From Lama glama (taxonomy: Eukaryota): 64,000 bases of DNA. Below the pieces are notes generated by a model, which was not told the origin of the DNA, did not search any database, and worked only from the letters and a program-made list of their open reading frames with translations. Shown one piece after another: positions 49,262 through 61,380 of this stretch (position 1 is its first letter; every line of letters begins with the position of its first letter). A program made the position numbers and the translations under genes. The stretch is from the NCBI GenBank assembly GCA_028534125.1, contig CM052817.1:5582001-5646000 (forward strand), written 5' to 3'.

Positions 49262-50190
49262 TCTTAGATGACCACACGCCTCCATGTAACTGCACGCCCC
49301 CGGCGCTCTGCTCTGCCATCTCGCAGGGGATCTACTACCTCTACCCTTTCAACATAGAGTACCAGATCCTGGCCTCCACAATGCTCTACGTCCTGTGGAA
49401 GAACGTCGGGCGCCAAGTGGACAGTCACCAGCACCAGGAGATGCGCTTCCGGTTTCATGGGGTTGTGCCGGGCTCGGTTCTGGGCCTGACAGCACTGGCC
49501 ACCACCATCGGGGTGGTGGTGGTGTATCTGATTCGGATCGGGCGTTCCAAAACCAAGAGCGAGTCGGCCCTCATCATGTTCTACCTCTACGCCATCGTCT
49601 TGCTGATGCTCATGGCAGCGGCAGGGCTGGTTGGGATCCGGATCTATAGGATAGATGAGCAGTCCCTGGATGAGTCCAAAAACCCAGCCCGCAAACTGGA
49701 CGCGGACCTGCTGGTGGGCACTGCCTCCGGCTCCTGGCTCATCTCCTGGGGCTCCATCTTGGCCATCCTCTGTGCCGAGTCCCGCCCCCCGTACACCTGG
49801 TACAACCTGCCCTACTCCATCCTGGTGGTGCTCGAGAAGTACATCCAGAACCTCTTCATCATCGAGTCCGTTCACCGAGAGCCCGAGAAGCTCTCCGAGG
49901 ACATCAGAACCCTGCGGGTGGTCACAGTCTGCAACGGCGATTCCATGCCCTTTGCTTCTTCCTGCCCCAAGAGCGGACCTGCGGCTGGGGCCGGGGCTCC
50001 CCAGGGCAGCGAGCTGCCGCCTGCGGCCAATGGAAACATGTGTCTGAGCGAAGTCGGCGGCAAAGAGGAAGAGGAGAGAAGCTGCGAAGGGGTCCCGGCC
50101 CCAGCCCTCTGTCCCCATTTCCTGCAGGGCAACGCCCAGAGAAGAGTCTTAAGGAACATTGCGGCCTTTTTGTTCCTCTGCAATATTTCG
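49262..50190 (+). CDS. OTOP1: OTOP1 coding exon 5
   Basis: Acceptor ctgtcccctag|; (V)LDDHTPPCNCT...YYLYPFNIEYQILASTMLYVLWKNVGR...RNIAAFLFLCNIS; donor TCG|GTAATC; 929 nt. Confidence 0.96.
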
Positions 50191-52994
50191 GTAATCTTCC
50201 TCAAGTTATTTCTTTATTTAAAAAAAATCAATTAAGCTATTTTCTTTGCCTCTTTCAGATCAGGAATCGAGGCAGCTTGTAATCAAAATCATTCAATGTA
50301 AGGAGAAAATAGAAACCTAGGCTCATAGTCTGCAGATCCGTTTACCGAGTATTTGCTGTGTGCCAGAGGCTGGGCTGGGAACGAAGAATGAAAAGTGGGA
50401 GGACTCAGTCTTTTTCCCCAAAAAGGTCACAGCATTAGTGGGAGAGGAAAACAAGGAAAAAATATAATGCAGTGAGTGTGGCCAGTGCTGGGACAGGGTC
50501 ATGTGCAAGGTGTCATGGGAGCACGGCTTCAGGACGAATTTCAATGAGTAGGGAATGCTTGAAGTGAGACTGGGTCTCAATTTGCAGTGCTTTTGGCTGC
50601 AAATTATAGAAAGCTTGACCCGCAGTGTCCTCAGTCTTAAAGACAAGAATTCTGGAGGTAGGCTGCTCAGGGTTGGCCTGGCAGCTGAACCCTATCATAA
50701 AGGATCCAGGCACTGTTCACCTTTGCCCTCGACCTTGGTTGATGTGGTGCACACTGCCAAATGGTCATAGGATGGCTGCAGTGGCACCAGGCATCACATC
50801 TAGGTTCAAGACAAGAAGAAGGAGGGAAGGACTAGTGCTAGGCAATGTCTGTGATGTGACCATCCCTGACTACAAGGGAGGGTGGAGAAGTGGATGGTTT
50901 GCTTTCTAGCCTCTAAGATGGAAAGTAACAGGGGAGAAGATGAACGGTCTCAGTACCGTCTGCCTCAGCCTCAAGGAATGGTGGGAAGTTTACCAACCGT
51001 GGTCAAGGCCAGGACAAGCCTTGGGGCAGTTTGGGGCAGAGGGCACATGGTGTGCAAAGACACAGAGGCAAAGGACACTGCGGCCTGTCGGGCGAGCATC
51101 AGGAGCTTAGCGCGAATCCTGTACACGTGAAGCAGAGAAGCAGAGTGGGGATAGGATGGCAGGTCCGGCTTGAGCAGAGCTTGGTAAGCCTGGCTGAGTC
51201 TGGTCTTCATGGTGAGGACAGTAGAGGACCGTCTGGGATTTGTGTTTGGAATGATCCCTTGGCAGCAGCATGTGGAAAGGATGGAGAGAACTAAGACCAA
51301 GGTCAGGGAACCTGGAACAGAAGCCCTGCAGCTGCCCAGAGAGGAAATGACGGGAATGAACCCGCACCAGGCAGTGGCGGGGGGATGGAGAAAAGGAAGA
51401 GAAGTAGAAAGCTTTGTGTGTGGTTGGGTTTGCTCCAGAAGGACAGAGAGGGATGACAGGGCTTGGTAAGAGTGAGGGAGACCCAGCCTTTGGCACCACA
51501 CAGGCCTCTGCAGTGACTGTGGGGACGCCCGCTCACAGAGCTGGCCGATTATCACAGTCGCCTCTCTGCTACCCACCTCCGTCTCATCAGGGCTGCTCTG
51601 TTTCCCCACGAGCTCGCTGGCTTTTACCTCCCCTCTCCCATTTCAGTCGGCACATGCCCAGGGGCTGCAGCTTTTGATAGCATCCTAAAGTCATGACATC
51701 GGGGGCGGGGGGCATCTGAAGCTGAAATAGCTGTGTGTCTGCCAATCAAATCCGATTCTTGCTTTGGGTCACTGGGACCTCGGTCCCCCTCCAGGTCAGC
51801 AGACAGGTATGAGGTGCTCTGAAGGGAGAAGGGGTCCCAGAAGAGTTTGGCTGCAGTGCGCCCCCTTCTTCTGTCTTAAAGACATTTATGGAGCACCCGC
51901 TGTATGCTAGGACCATTGTGGGCACAGCAGTGAACAAAGGAGTCAAACAGGGAAACAAGAGAGAGACGGAGGTCAGTGACTAGGGCGGGGCTGCACGTGC
52001 TGAGGGGCTTATATCCCAGAGCGGGGCGGGTTTCAGCTCAGACTCTTATAAAGTCCGAGCTGGTTCTAGAATGGCCCTAAAGCTTACTGTTTTTCACACA
52101 CCGCGAGGTATGAAGATCCGTCTTTTCAGTGAGTTCAGAAAAGCCTCATTCTCTGAGCTGCATCTTGGCTGCACCACCAGGCGGCGTGCTTGGCTTGCTC
52201 TTTTGGACCAGCTTGAGCTAGGACAGCACCGCCTGCAGTACTGGAATCAAGTGCTGACTGATTGATGGTCAGCTGGGACCCGAAGGCCGCGTTCAGGGCT
52301 CTGGACCAGGAGGAGGCTGCGTTTTGTCCCTTCATCTTTGGGCTCCACCCCTGGTGGCCCCAGGCACTGCCTCCATTCACTGAGGAGTGAGCCAGAGGGT
52401 GGAAATCATTGCAGGCTGATGTCTTAGGATGACCCGAGCCAGCCCCATGGGCAGCACTTTGAAACTCCGTGATTGGTTCTCTATTGTCCCAGAGGCACCT
52501 GGCAGGGGCAGGGGTTGTTCCCCAGGACCTGGGGGCTGGCACGGAGGCTGCAGCAGGAGGGGCTGGTGTGCGTGTCCGCGTGGGGAAATAGGCAGCTGCG
52601 GAGTGGACAGTAAAGAGAGGTGGATGTGATGATGGAGGAGGTTCGGTGCTGTGGGGACCTCGGGGGTCAGGGAAGGCCTCCTCTGGGGGGAGGGTGGCTG
52701 GTGGGGTGGGGGCAGTCTGGGCAGAGCCAGGGGCATGGGGACCGCATGGATGCAGGGCAGGGCAGGGCTAGCTGGATGTGCCCAAGGTCCCGGAAAGCAA
52801 CCCACGTGGCTAGAATTCAGAGAGCAGGGGACAGAGGCGTGAGAGGCGTCAGGGCAGACCACCCAGGGCCTCGTAAGCCACAGCCATTAACCTGGGCTTA
52901 GCCCTAAACACAACAGAAAACCATGGAAGGATTTTACGCCAGGAGTGACAGGATCTGATTCATGGGTTTTTTTCCTTTTAAATTAAATTAAATT

Positions 52995-53270
52995 AAAATT
53001 TTAATTGTGGTAGGAAACACATAACATTCACACGATTGTGCAACCATTACCACCACCAACCTCTAAAATTTTCTTCACCTCGAGAGGCTGAAACCTTGTA
53101 CTCACAAAGCAGCTCTCCCTTCCCTCCACTGCAGCCCCTGGCGAACGCCATTCTCCTCTTTTTCTCTGTGAGTCTGACTCTCTAGGTCCCTCATCTAAGT
53201 GGAATCATGCAGGATTTGTCTCACGCAGCATGAGGACCGCCAGGTCCACCCACGGTGTAGCGTGGGAAGG
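52995..53270 (-). mobile_element. L1M 3' end
   Basis: taattgtggtaggaaacacataaca...gtgcaaccattaccacc...aagtggaatcatgcaggatttgtc. Confidence 0.7.
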
Positions 53271-53469
53271 GACAGGGATACTAGAGGTGACCTGCAGGTT
53301 CTGACTCGAGTTCCTGGGTAGATGGGGATGCCGTTTCCGGAGACTGGGGGCCTTGGAGGGGGAGCCGGCTTGAGAGGGGGCGCAGGTGGCAGGGACGTTC
53401 AGTGGTGTCTCGAAGACATCCGAAAGGACATAACCAACAGGCAGGTTTTTTTTTTTTTTTGGTTTTTCT

Positions 53470-53900
53470 CTTGCCGTGTAACCAGCGACCCCAAATGGAT
53501 GACAAAAATAGCATCCATTTTACTAAGTGTCATGACCTTGTGGGTTCGGAATTCTGGCAGGGCTTGGCTGGACAGTTCTGTCCCTCGTGGCAGTGACTGA
53601 AGCTGGAGGAGGGGCTGGCTGGGTCGGAAAGTCCAAGAGCTGATGCCTCGGGCTGGGCAGACTGGAAGGCTGGCCTCGGCCGGGACGCTCAGCTGCAGAG
53701 TCTGCTTCAGCCTGGGGGTCTCGGGGCAGGTGGCCTTCTCAGCTGGGGGCTCAGGGCCCCAGAGCCAAGCTTCCAAGGGATTGGACGTGCCCGTCTCTTA
53801 AGGCTTGGGTGTGGAAATGGCACGATTTCTGCCATTTTTATGGGTCACGCAGTGACAGTGTCCATCCAGGTTCAAGGGAAAGGGACACAGATGGGCCCTC
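53470..53900 (-). mobile_element. MaLR LTR (MLT1G/H-like)
   Basis: tgtgggttcggaattctggcagggcttggctggacagttc... is a reverse MLT1 3' end. Confidence 0.55.
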
Positions 53901-55194
53901 TCCCAAGGGGATGAATAGCAAGAATTACAGTCAACGTAACAGCAGATGGAAAGGTCTGGATTTCAGGAAAGAGGTGCACACTTTCTTCTTCCTTCCTTCC
54001 CATTTTCCCTCCCTCTCTCCCTTTCTGAAAATACAGCCACCACTGCGTGCCCACTGAGGGCCAGGCACTGGTGTGAGTGGTGGTGGTGTGACTGATCTCT
54101 GGTCTTCCTCCTGCGGGGCTGACAAACCAGATGGCAATAAACAGACAAGAGAGACTTCCCAGAGTGACTCGTGTCCTGCAGGCACCTAGGAAAGGAGGGT
54201 GTGCATACAGTGCTTGGGCGGCCCTTGTAGATCAGAAGGTTGAGCTGGTGGGAAAGGCTCTTCAGGGGTCACATTAGAGCCCAGGGCTGGATGTCAGGAG
54301 GGGCCGCAAGTACTCCAGGCAGAGAGGGCAGCCGGTGCAAAACTGCAGGTGAGATGAGCTTGCCTCCTTTGAGAAGAGGGGAAAGGCATGTGACTGGGCT
54401 GGGTGGGTGGGAGATGATCCTGGGGGTGGGTTGGGAGTGGGAAGGGATCAGCTCACAGAGGGCTGCCCCCTGTAGGGGCAGATTTTATTTTAAGTGAAGA
54501 CTGTAGCTGTTTAACCAGGGAAGGGACACGATCTTATTTACGGAAGAAATTAATCTGGCTCTGAGTGGTGAATGGACAGTGGAGTTGAGTGTAAACATGG
54601 GCCGCTGCATCGGTCCAGGTGAGAGAGGGAGTGGTGGCCTGCACAAGTGGAGTAGAGTGATGGGTGGGTTGAGGATGTCATTTTGGAGGTGCGGTCATCA
54701 AGACTCACAGATGGATGGGATGGCAGGTGGATGGTTCTGAGAGTAAGCGGGAAGGCCAGGATGATGCATAGAGTTTTCACTGAGCGAGTGGGAGGAAGAT
54801 GTTGCTGATGAGATGGGGGGAAGTGGGGAAGGAACGATGAGTCTGAGATGTGTTTTAGACCACCAAGTAGCCCGTGGGCTGTAGGAGTCTGGAATTCTCC
54901 AGGCTAGTGATTTGGATCTGGAAGTCACAGGTTGATAGCTGGTATTTACAACCAGGACCACGTGAGATCATCAGGGGTCATGGGTATAGGGAGGGAGAGG
55001 ACTCAGGAATGAATGAGCACAGGGACCAGCCAACCTTGAGAGACTGAGCAAATGAGGGGGAGGTAGCCAAGGAGAGCAAGAAGGACCAGCTGGCGTTGTA
55101 GGAGGACACCTAAGGACGCAGAACCAAGAGAACACTGTGGGCTGGAGATATAAGCCCTGGAAGGTTCTGTATGGAGATGTCAATGATAGCCACG

Positions 55195-55690
55195 TGTATC
55201 AGTTACCTCTTGCTGTGTAAGAAATGACCCCCAAACACAGCAACTTAAAACAACAGACATTTATCATTTCACGGTTTCTCTGGGTCAGGAATCCAAGTGT
55301 GGCTTGACAGTTGAGGGGAGGGGATCTGTTTTCAAATCTGCTTATGCAGCTGTTGGCAGGATTCAGTTCCCAGTGGGTTGTTGGGCCAAGGGTTTGAGTT
55401 CGCTGCTGGCTGCGGGCCTGAGACCTCCCTCAGTTTCTGGCCACATGGAATCTCCACGGGACAGCTCACAGAGTGGCAGCTGCTTCCTCCCTTGAGAGAT
55501 GGAATGAGTGAGAAGGACTCCGGAGCCCTTCTGTAACCACATCTCAGAGGTGCCATGGGACTCTTGTCATGTTCTGTTGGTTAGAAGTGAGTTGCTAGGT
55601 TCAGCCCAACTTGAGGGGAGGAGGCTCCACAGGACATGATTCCCAGGAGGTGGGACCACTGGGGGTCACCTGAGAGGCTGCCTGCTGCAG
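55195..55690 (-). mobile_element. LTR element (MaLR/ERVL class)
   Basis: tgtatcagttacctcttgctgtgtaagaaatgacccccaaa...aacttaaaacaacagacatttatcatttcacggtttctctgggtcaggaatcc. Confidence 0.65.
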
Positions 55691-56834
55691 CGTGGGGCTG
55701 GAGCAAGTTGCAGAAGTGTCAGTGTGACAGAGAGGCCGGCCTCGAAGCCCAGAAGTTTAAGGGGAGTGGGGAAGGAGGAGCTGGGACAGGACCAATGAGT
55801 AGGTTCCACGAGCAACAAAAATAATAGGTTATTGCTTTATGTTCTGCAAACTTAGTTGCCATTTTATTCTCATCTGAGCCCTCTGAGACAGGTGTCAGTA
55901 CCCCCATCTTAAAGATGAGGAAACCGAGGCTTGGAGAGGTTCAATTACAGTCTATCAGTGGCATGAACCCAGGGCTGGCTCCAAGGCATATGCTTCTCCC
56001 CCTGATTCGGGGGATGTGGGCAGGGCCTGAGCTGCCTCTCTAAGCCAAGACAAGCCAGAGAAAAGACCACAGAACTCACCAGCCCAGACCCACGTGGCGG
56101 GGCTCTCCAAGCACCTGTGCTGGTATGTAAATGTGGGGATGGGAAACGGGGGACCCCCACTGGAGGAAAACACTGGGGGCTGTGGGAACACAGAGGGAGT
56201 TTCCCCTCTGCCTGGTTAGATCAAGGAGGGCTTCTTGGAAGGGGAGGTGTCTCAGGACTTGGAAGAAAGTAGTACTTAGCAAAAGGAAGACAGGGGCTCC
56301 TGATAGAGGAACAGGCTGGAGCAAAGCCCTGAAGACTGGGGAGAGAAAGGCACACTTGGGGGCTGAGTGCAGCCTGGGGAGGCCAGGGTGAAGGGCATGA
56401 TGAGGGACGTGGACGGGGGTCTGGTCACTGAGGGAATTTGGACTTTCTCCTGAGGGCAACTGGAGCCCTGGTGAGTGACCAGCAGAGGAGTGACAGGTCA
56501 GATGTGTGCTTTATAAAGAACACCCCTGCAGCCACATGGGGGTGGAGTGAAGGTGCTCACTGGAGTAGGGGGGACATGGGAGGTGTTGCAGCAGTCCGGG
56601 GGGAGACCAAGGACTGGACCAAGGTGAGGGCTGCGAGGATGGAGAGAACCAGGTAGAGCGTTTGTACAGGAGTGGGGCTCAATGGGCTGATGGGCTCCAT
56701 GGAGATGGGGAACTTGGCGCAGGGACTGCTGACCTCTGTGACAAGTGTGACTCAGTCTCCCCGAGCCCAGGTTGGTGCCTGGGTTGGTGTGGGGTCCCAG
56801 GTGGCTGCTGGGACCCACTCTCCTTCTCTTGCAG

Positions 56835-57005
56835 CTCTGGATCCCACCCGCCTTCGGCTGCCGCCCTGAGTACGACAACGGATTGGAGGAAATTGTCTTT
56901 GGCTTTGAACCCTGGATAATTGTGGTCAACCTGGCCATGCCCTTTTCTATTTTCTACCGGATGCATGCAGCTGCCTCCCTCTTTGAGGTCTATTGTAAGA
57001 TATAA
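56835..57005 (+). CDS. OTOP1: OTOP1 coding exon 6 (last)
   Basis: Acceptor ccttctcttgcag|; LWIPPAFGCRPEYDNGLEEIVFGFEPWIIVVNLAMPFSIFYRMHAAASLFEVYCKI-TAA. Confidence 0.97.
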   Translation, partial: LWIPPAFGCRPEYDNGLEEIVFGFEPWIIVVNLAMPFSIFYRMHAAASLFEVYCKI

Positions 57006-58350
57006 TCTGTGTCCACATCAAAGACGGAGCAGGGAGCTCGCGAGAGAATTCAGTGGAGCCACCTGGGATCCAGGAGGTCGGGCAAATACTGCCATACAAA
57101 TGTGAGAAGGGCTGCCTTTTGTCTGTGATAATTGTTTTTCCCATGAGCTGGAGTGGCCCATCACCCCGGGTGGATGTAAACACTTCAGATTAAAATCAGT
57201 GAGGTGGCTGAAGTCTGTCAGTTAGTTAGTTCCAATCAAACCCAAATTACTTTCTCTCCTAAGTGAGATCTTCTCTTTTAGAAGCATGTGATCCTAGATT
57301 GGAAAAAAAAAACATATCCAGTTTATTTTTCATAAACATCATTTTCTGTTCTCATGTTATGATATTCAACCCTTTCCTGACCATCTGCATCGTATAATCA
57401 CCCTTACATTTTATCCTTCCCTGAGCTGATAAATGTGATTACAATCACATATAGTTTATACTGTACTTTCTGAATATGTTTAATTTTTTGAACAAGGTTG
57501 TTTTTATCATTCGGAAGGAAATTTGTGTCTAGATCAATATAAAGACATGTTTCTCACCTGAGATTGTGGCACATTTTCATTTGTAATCATTTTTAAGTTT
57601 TAAAAAAATACATTTTGCTGTCTTTCTCTCACTATAAACATATACATGATTATTTTAGAAAATTTGGACATTTCAGACCAGTAAAGAGAGGAAAATCACC
57701 TAGGATGTCACTGTTCAATTGACCATCATTTTTTTCTTCCAGTTTTATTGAGATTTAATTGATGTACAACACTGCATAAGCTTAAGGTGGACAGCATAAT
57801 GGTTTGACCTACATACATCATGAAATGATTATCATAATAAGTTTAGTGACCATCATCATCTCATACAGATACAAAATTAAAGATAAGGGTCTTGACAGTC
57901 ATTTTTTAAAAAAAATCTTGGTGTGTTTCTTTTAGCCACATGGGTGCACAGGATTCTTTTTATGTTGTTATTGTTATATGTGCCAGCGATGATGCAACAT
58001 GTTGAATTCTGTATGCATTTTCCCCTTACTTAACAATATGGCATAAACCTTTCCCCCACACTGATATAAACTCTTTGTAAATATCATTTTAATACTATAT
58101 TATAGTCTATCAAGTACCATAATTAGTTTCCTGTTGTTGGTTTTAAAGTGTAATTTTTCTGTTTTTATAAGTGACTGCAAAAATCAACCATATATATAAG
58201 GCAATTTTTATATGTAGAATTGCTTCTCTAAGATCTAGACTTAAAATCAGGATGTCTGTCCAAAGGTTAGAAATATTTTAAAGCCTCCGAAGGAATATTG
58301 ACATTTGGAATGGCTTTGTATATGCTTTTTCTTAGTTATTTAAAAGTCAT

Positions 58351-58356
58351 AATAAA
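58351..58356 (+). terminator. Candidate OTOP1 polyadenylation signal
   Basis: First canonical AATAAA I found after the stop (~1.35 kb 3' UTR); ATTAAA at 57189-57194 is an alternative. Confidence 0.35.
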
Positions 58357-58557
58357 ATTAGTTTACTTCCTGTAAATTCTAACGTGAACATCTTATCATC
58401 TGCATGTATTTTTTTGACAGCAGAGGCAATGGGGCATTAAGACACACCATTTTTTTAATGACTAAAATACTTTATGCTCATTTTAGGTAAAAAGCTAAGA
58501 AATGGGCAGACAGACTGAAAACAAAGTAAAACATCATCTACCATACCTTCCATCTAG

Positions 58558-58772
58558 GGCTGTGGTTCTCAAGGCTGAAGGGAAGCCGTCTTGTTTTCCA
58601 GGGGACTTTTGCCAACATCTGGAGACATTTTTGATTGTTACCACTAGGGGGCGTTACTGGCATCGAATGGGTAGAGGCCAGAGAAACTGCTGAACAGTCT
58701 CTAACCACCTGATCTTCTCCACAGCAAAGAATTATCGAGCCCCAACTGTCAGTAGTGCTGAGGCTGAGAAAT
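58558..58772 (+). mobile_element. MER20 (hAT-Charlie) DNA transposon
   Basis: gtggttctcaa...ctggagacatttttgattgttac...tactggcatcgaatgggtagaggccag...aaagaattatc...tgtcagtagtgctgaggctgagaaa. Confidence 0.85.
58638..58656 (+). promoter_or_regulatory. CTCF motif inside MER20
   Basis: CCACTAGGGGGCG at 58641-58653 matches the CTCF core consensus. Confidence 0.55.
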
Positions 58773-59809
58773 CACCATCTAGAGGTAATTGTTAATTTTT
58801 TGGTACCAGGGTACCTATTAGTACGCACACAGACAGACACACAGGCGCACACACAAATGAGATTGTTTCTACAAATACTGAATTTGCATGTAACATGCTT
58901 TTTTTCCCCCTGAACACACCAGCATGCTTCTTAACGATGTCAGGGTCTCCAGGTCATTGGTTCCCACACGTTAGTATGTGTTAGACTCACAGAGGGAGCT
59001 TGTTAGAGCTCCTGCCCTCCCAGCTGCAAGTCCCGCTTCCAGTGGGCAGGAGTGGGGTCCGTGGTGCTTACGTAACCATCTCAGGCTCCTTCCGGGAGCC
59101 TCCCCTCAGGAGTCCGTGGACCCGAGTTAAGACTCCTGAACGACATTCCCTGACTTTGTGTTCTCTTCTGCAGCGTGACTCCGGATGGCTTCAAAGGACA
59201 TTCCGTGGAGGGAGGCATCATTCCTTACTTAGTCAGACCCCGATGTTGGACATTTAGAGATATTTAAGTGGTTGCTTGCTTGTCCTTTGCTCTTATAAAT
59301 GACACCCTGACAAGCATCTTCTGCTGGGTCTTTGTGCACATTGACAAACGACCCTGTGTGAGATGACTGCATGTGAATGCCAGTTCTGGTTGCTATTAAC
59401 TTCCCCCTGTTCTAAGCACATTAGTACAGCCCTAGGGCCCCAGCCTGTGGGTTTCAGGCCCTGCCAAAGAGATAGAGGGAATCACAATAACACTGGGAAG
59501 AATTAAGTGGTCCAGAGGTGGTGTTTTGGGGTGGACATGGGGCATCATCAGAGCTCAGAAAAGTCAGCACCGTCATGCTGGATTCAGAGCTTCTGAGGAG
59601 TGATCTTAAAGACGGATCATCTCTTGGCCGTAAACAGGAAGAGCCCACAGCATCAGGGATGGGTATTCCAGCCAGGCAGCTCCGACCCACAAGTAGTCAA
59701 TCATCTGGGCTCAACCAGCTTAGGCAGCAAGGAAAATTTATTACCTTAATGGCAATGCAATTCACAGTGGAGGAACCAGAGTGTGCAACAGACAAGTGTC
59801 AAGATCTCT

Positions 59810-61380
59810 GGGCTAGAATAAGAGCAGTACAACTTAAAATTATAATGAGATACCATTTCCCGTTCATCAGATTGGCAAGGGTGGGCAAGATGAGAAAGAA
59901 AGAGAACTCACATACACGAGGTGGGAGAGTAAATTGGTAAAGCCAGACCGAAGAACAACTGACAACATTGACTCGGGCTGAACGTGCACATTCCTTAGGG
60001 CCTGGCGATGCTGCTCCTTGTGTGTGTCCAGAGATCCCCTCCCCACATGTGTAAGGAGACATGCTCAGAAATGTCTACTGTAACAGGGCTTGTAATTGGG
60101 AAAACATCAGTTAGGAGTAGGAATAGATAAATTATGGACTATCCTTACATGGAAGACCACACAGGAGTGAAGAATGGATGGGCCAGAACAACATGTGTCA
60201 GCATGTGTAAGTCCCCAAGATAATGTCGAATTAAGAAGTAAGTCGCATGTAATTATTAGAGAAATGCAGGTTGAAACCACAATGAAGTATCACCTCACAC
60301 CCGTCAGAATGGCCATCGTTAAAAAGTCCACAAACAATAAATGTTGGAGAGGCTGTGGAGAAAAGGGAACCCTCCTATACTGTTGGTGGGAAGATAATTT
60401 GATGCAGACACTATGGAAAACAGTATGGAGATTCCTTAAAAAACTAAAAATAGAGTTACCCTATGGTCCAGCAATCCCACTCCTGGGCATATATTCAGAG
60501 AAAACTCTAATTCCAAAAGATACATGCGCCCCGATGTTCATAGCAGCACTATTTACAGTAGCCAAGATATGGAAGCAACCTAAATGTCCATTGGCAGATA
60601 ACTGGATAAAGAAGATGTGGTGTATATGTATACACAATGGATCATTAGCCATAAAGAAGAATGAAATAATGCCATTTGCAGCAACATGGATGGACCTACA
60701 GATTATCATACTAAGTGAAAAATAAATATATGATATCACTTATATGTGGAATCTAAAAAAAAATGACAGAAATTTAGTTACAAAACAAAAAAGAGACTCA
60801 CAGACATAGAAAACAAAGTTATGGCTACCAAAGGGGAAAGGGAGGGGCACGGATAAATTAGGAGTTTGGGATTAACATATACACACTACTATATATAAGA
60901 TAAACAAGGACCTACTATATAGCAGAGGGAACCATATTCAATATCTTGTAATAACCTATGATGAAAAACAATATAAAAGTATATATGTGTATAACTGAAT
61001 CACTTTGCTGTACACCTGAAACTAACACAATATTGTAAATCAACTATATGTCAATAAAAAATTCAGTAGCATAAAGGTATGATTGGTATGATACTATTAA
61101 TATAATGTTTAAAAACAGGCAAAACAATTCTTGATACTTAGAGGATACATATACATGCAGTAAAATCAAAATATATGAGGAAAGGGTGCACCCCAAGTTC
61201 AGCACAGGGGTGACCTGCGGGCTGGGAGGGAGGGGCAGGACCAGAGTGGAGACTAAGCTGAATGCGTTCTGTGTCTGACATGTTTATGCCTTTGACAAAA
61301 TGACTGGTATAAAAGTAGTCATTATGTTTCCTTCTGTGCTTTTTTATATGCATGAGCTATTTCATAATAAAAAACATTTG
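59810..61380 (+). mobile_element. Old L1M 3' end hosting a younger L1 insertion
   Basis: ataatgagataccatttccc...agattggcaagg before the insertion; gtatgatactattaatataatgtttaaaaacaggcaaaac...tatttcataataaaa after it. Confidence 0.6.
60250..61062 (+). mobile_element. 5'-truncated cetartiodactyl L1 (~810 bp)
   Basis: ORF 60174-60725 carries the L1 ORF2 C-terminus ([46 protein letters not shown]...MPFAATWMDL), followed by 3' UTR and an A-rich end. Confidence 0.92.

Larger units (their letters stand above)
22479..57005 (+). other. OTOP1: OTOP1 gene span (start to stop codon); proton channel otopetrin-1, 612 aa
   Basis: Six exons (412+137+59+131+929+171 = 1839 nt) splice in phase to 612 aa + stop. 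Otopetrin signatures present: PQKLAEALSSQYGLN, KDTHAGARWLRGSITLF, FGVIHSVFTNLLLWAN, YYLYPFNIEY, FLFLCNISLWIPPAFG, IFYRMH. Confidence 0.97.

Noticed and set aside
49264..50118. 284-aa minus-strand ORF
   Set aside because: Antisense shadow of GC-rich OTOP1 exon 5; it is confined to that exon and has no recognisable protein features.
50971..51609. 212-aa minus-strand ORF in OTOP1 intron 5
   Set aside because: Overlaps degraded L2-like sequence; no coding signature or clear exon boundaries.
59518..59940. 140-aa ORF downstream of OTOP1
   Set aside because: Non-ATG start and its 3' part runs into an old L1; no recognisable protein or processed-pseudogene features.
60174..60725. 183-aa ORF as a possible gene
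   Set aside because: It is the L1 ORF2 C-terminus in a truncated copy.
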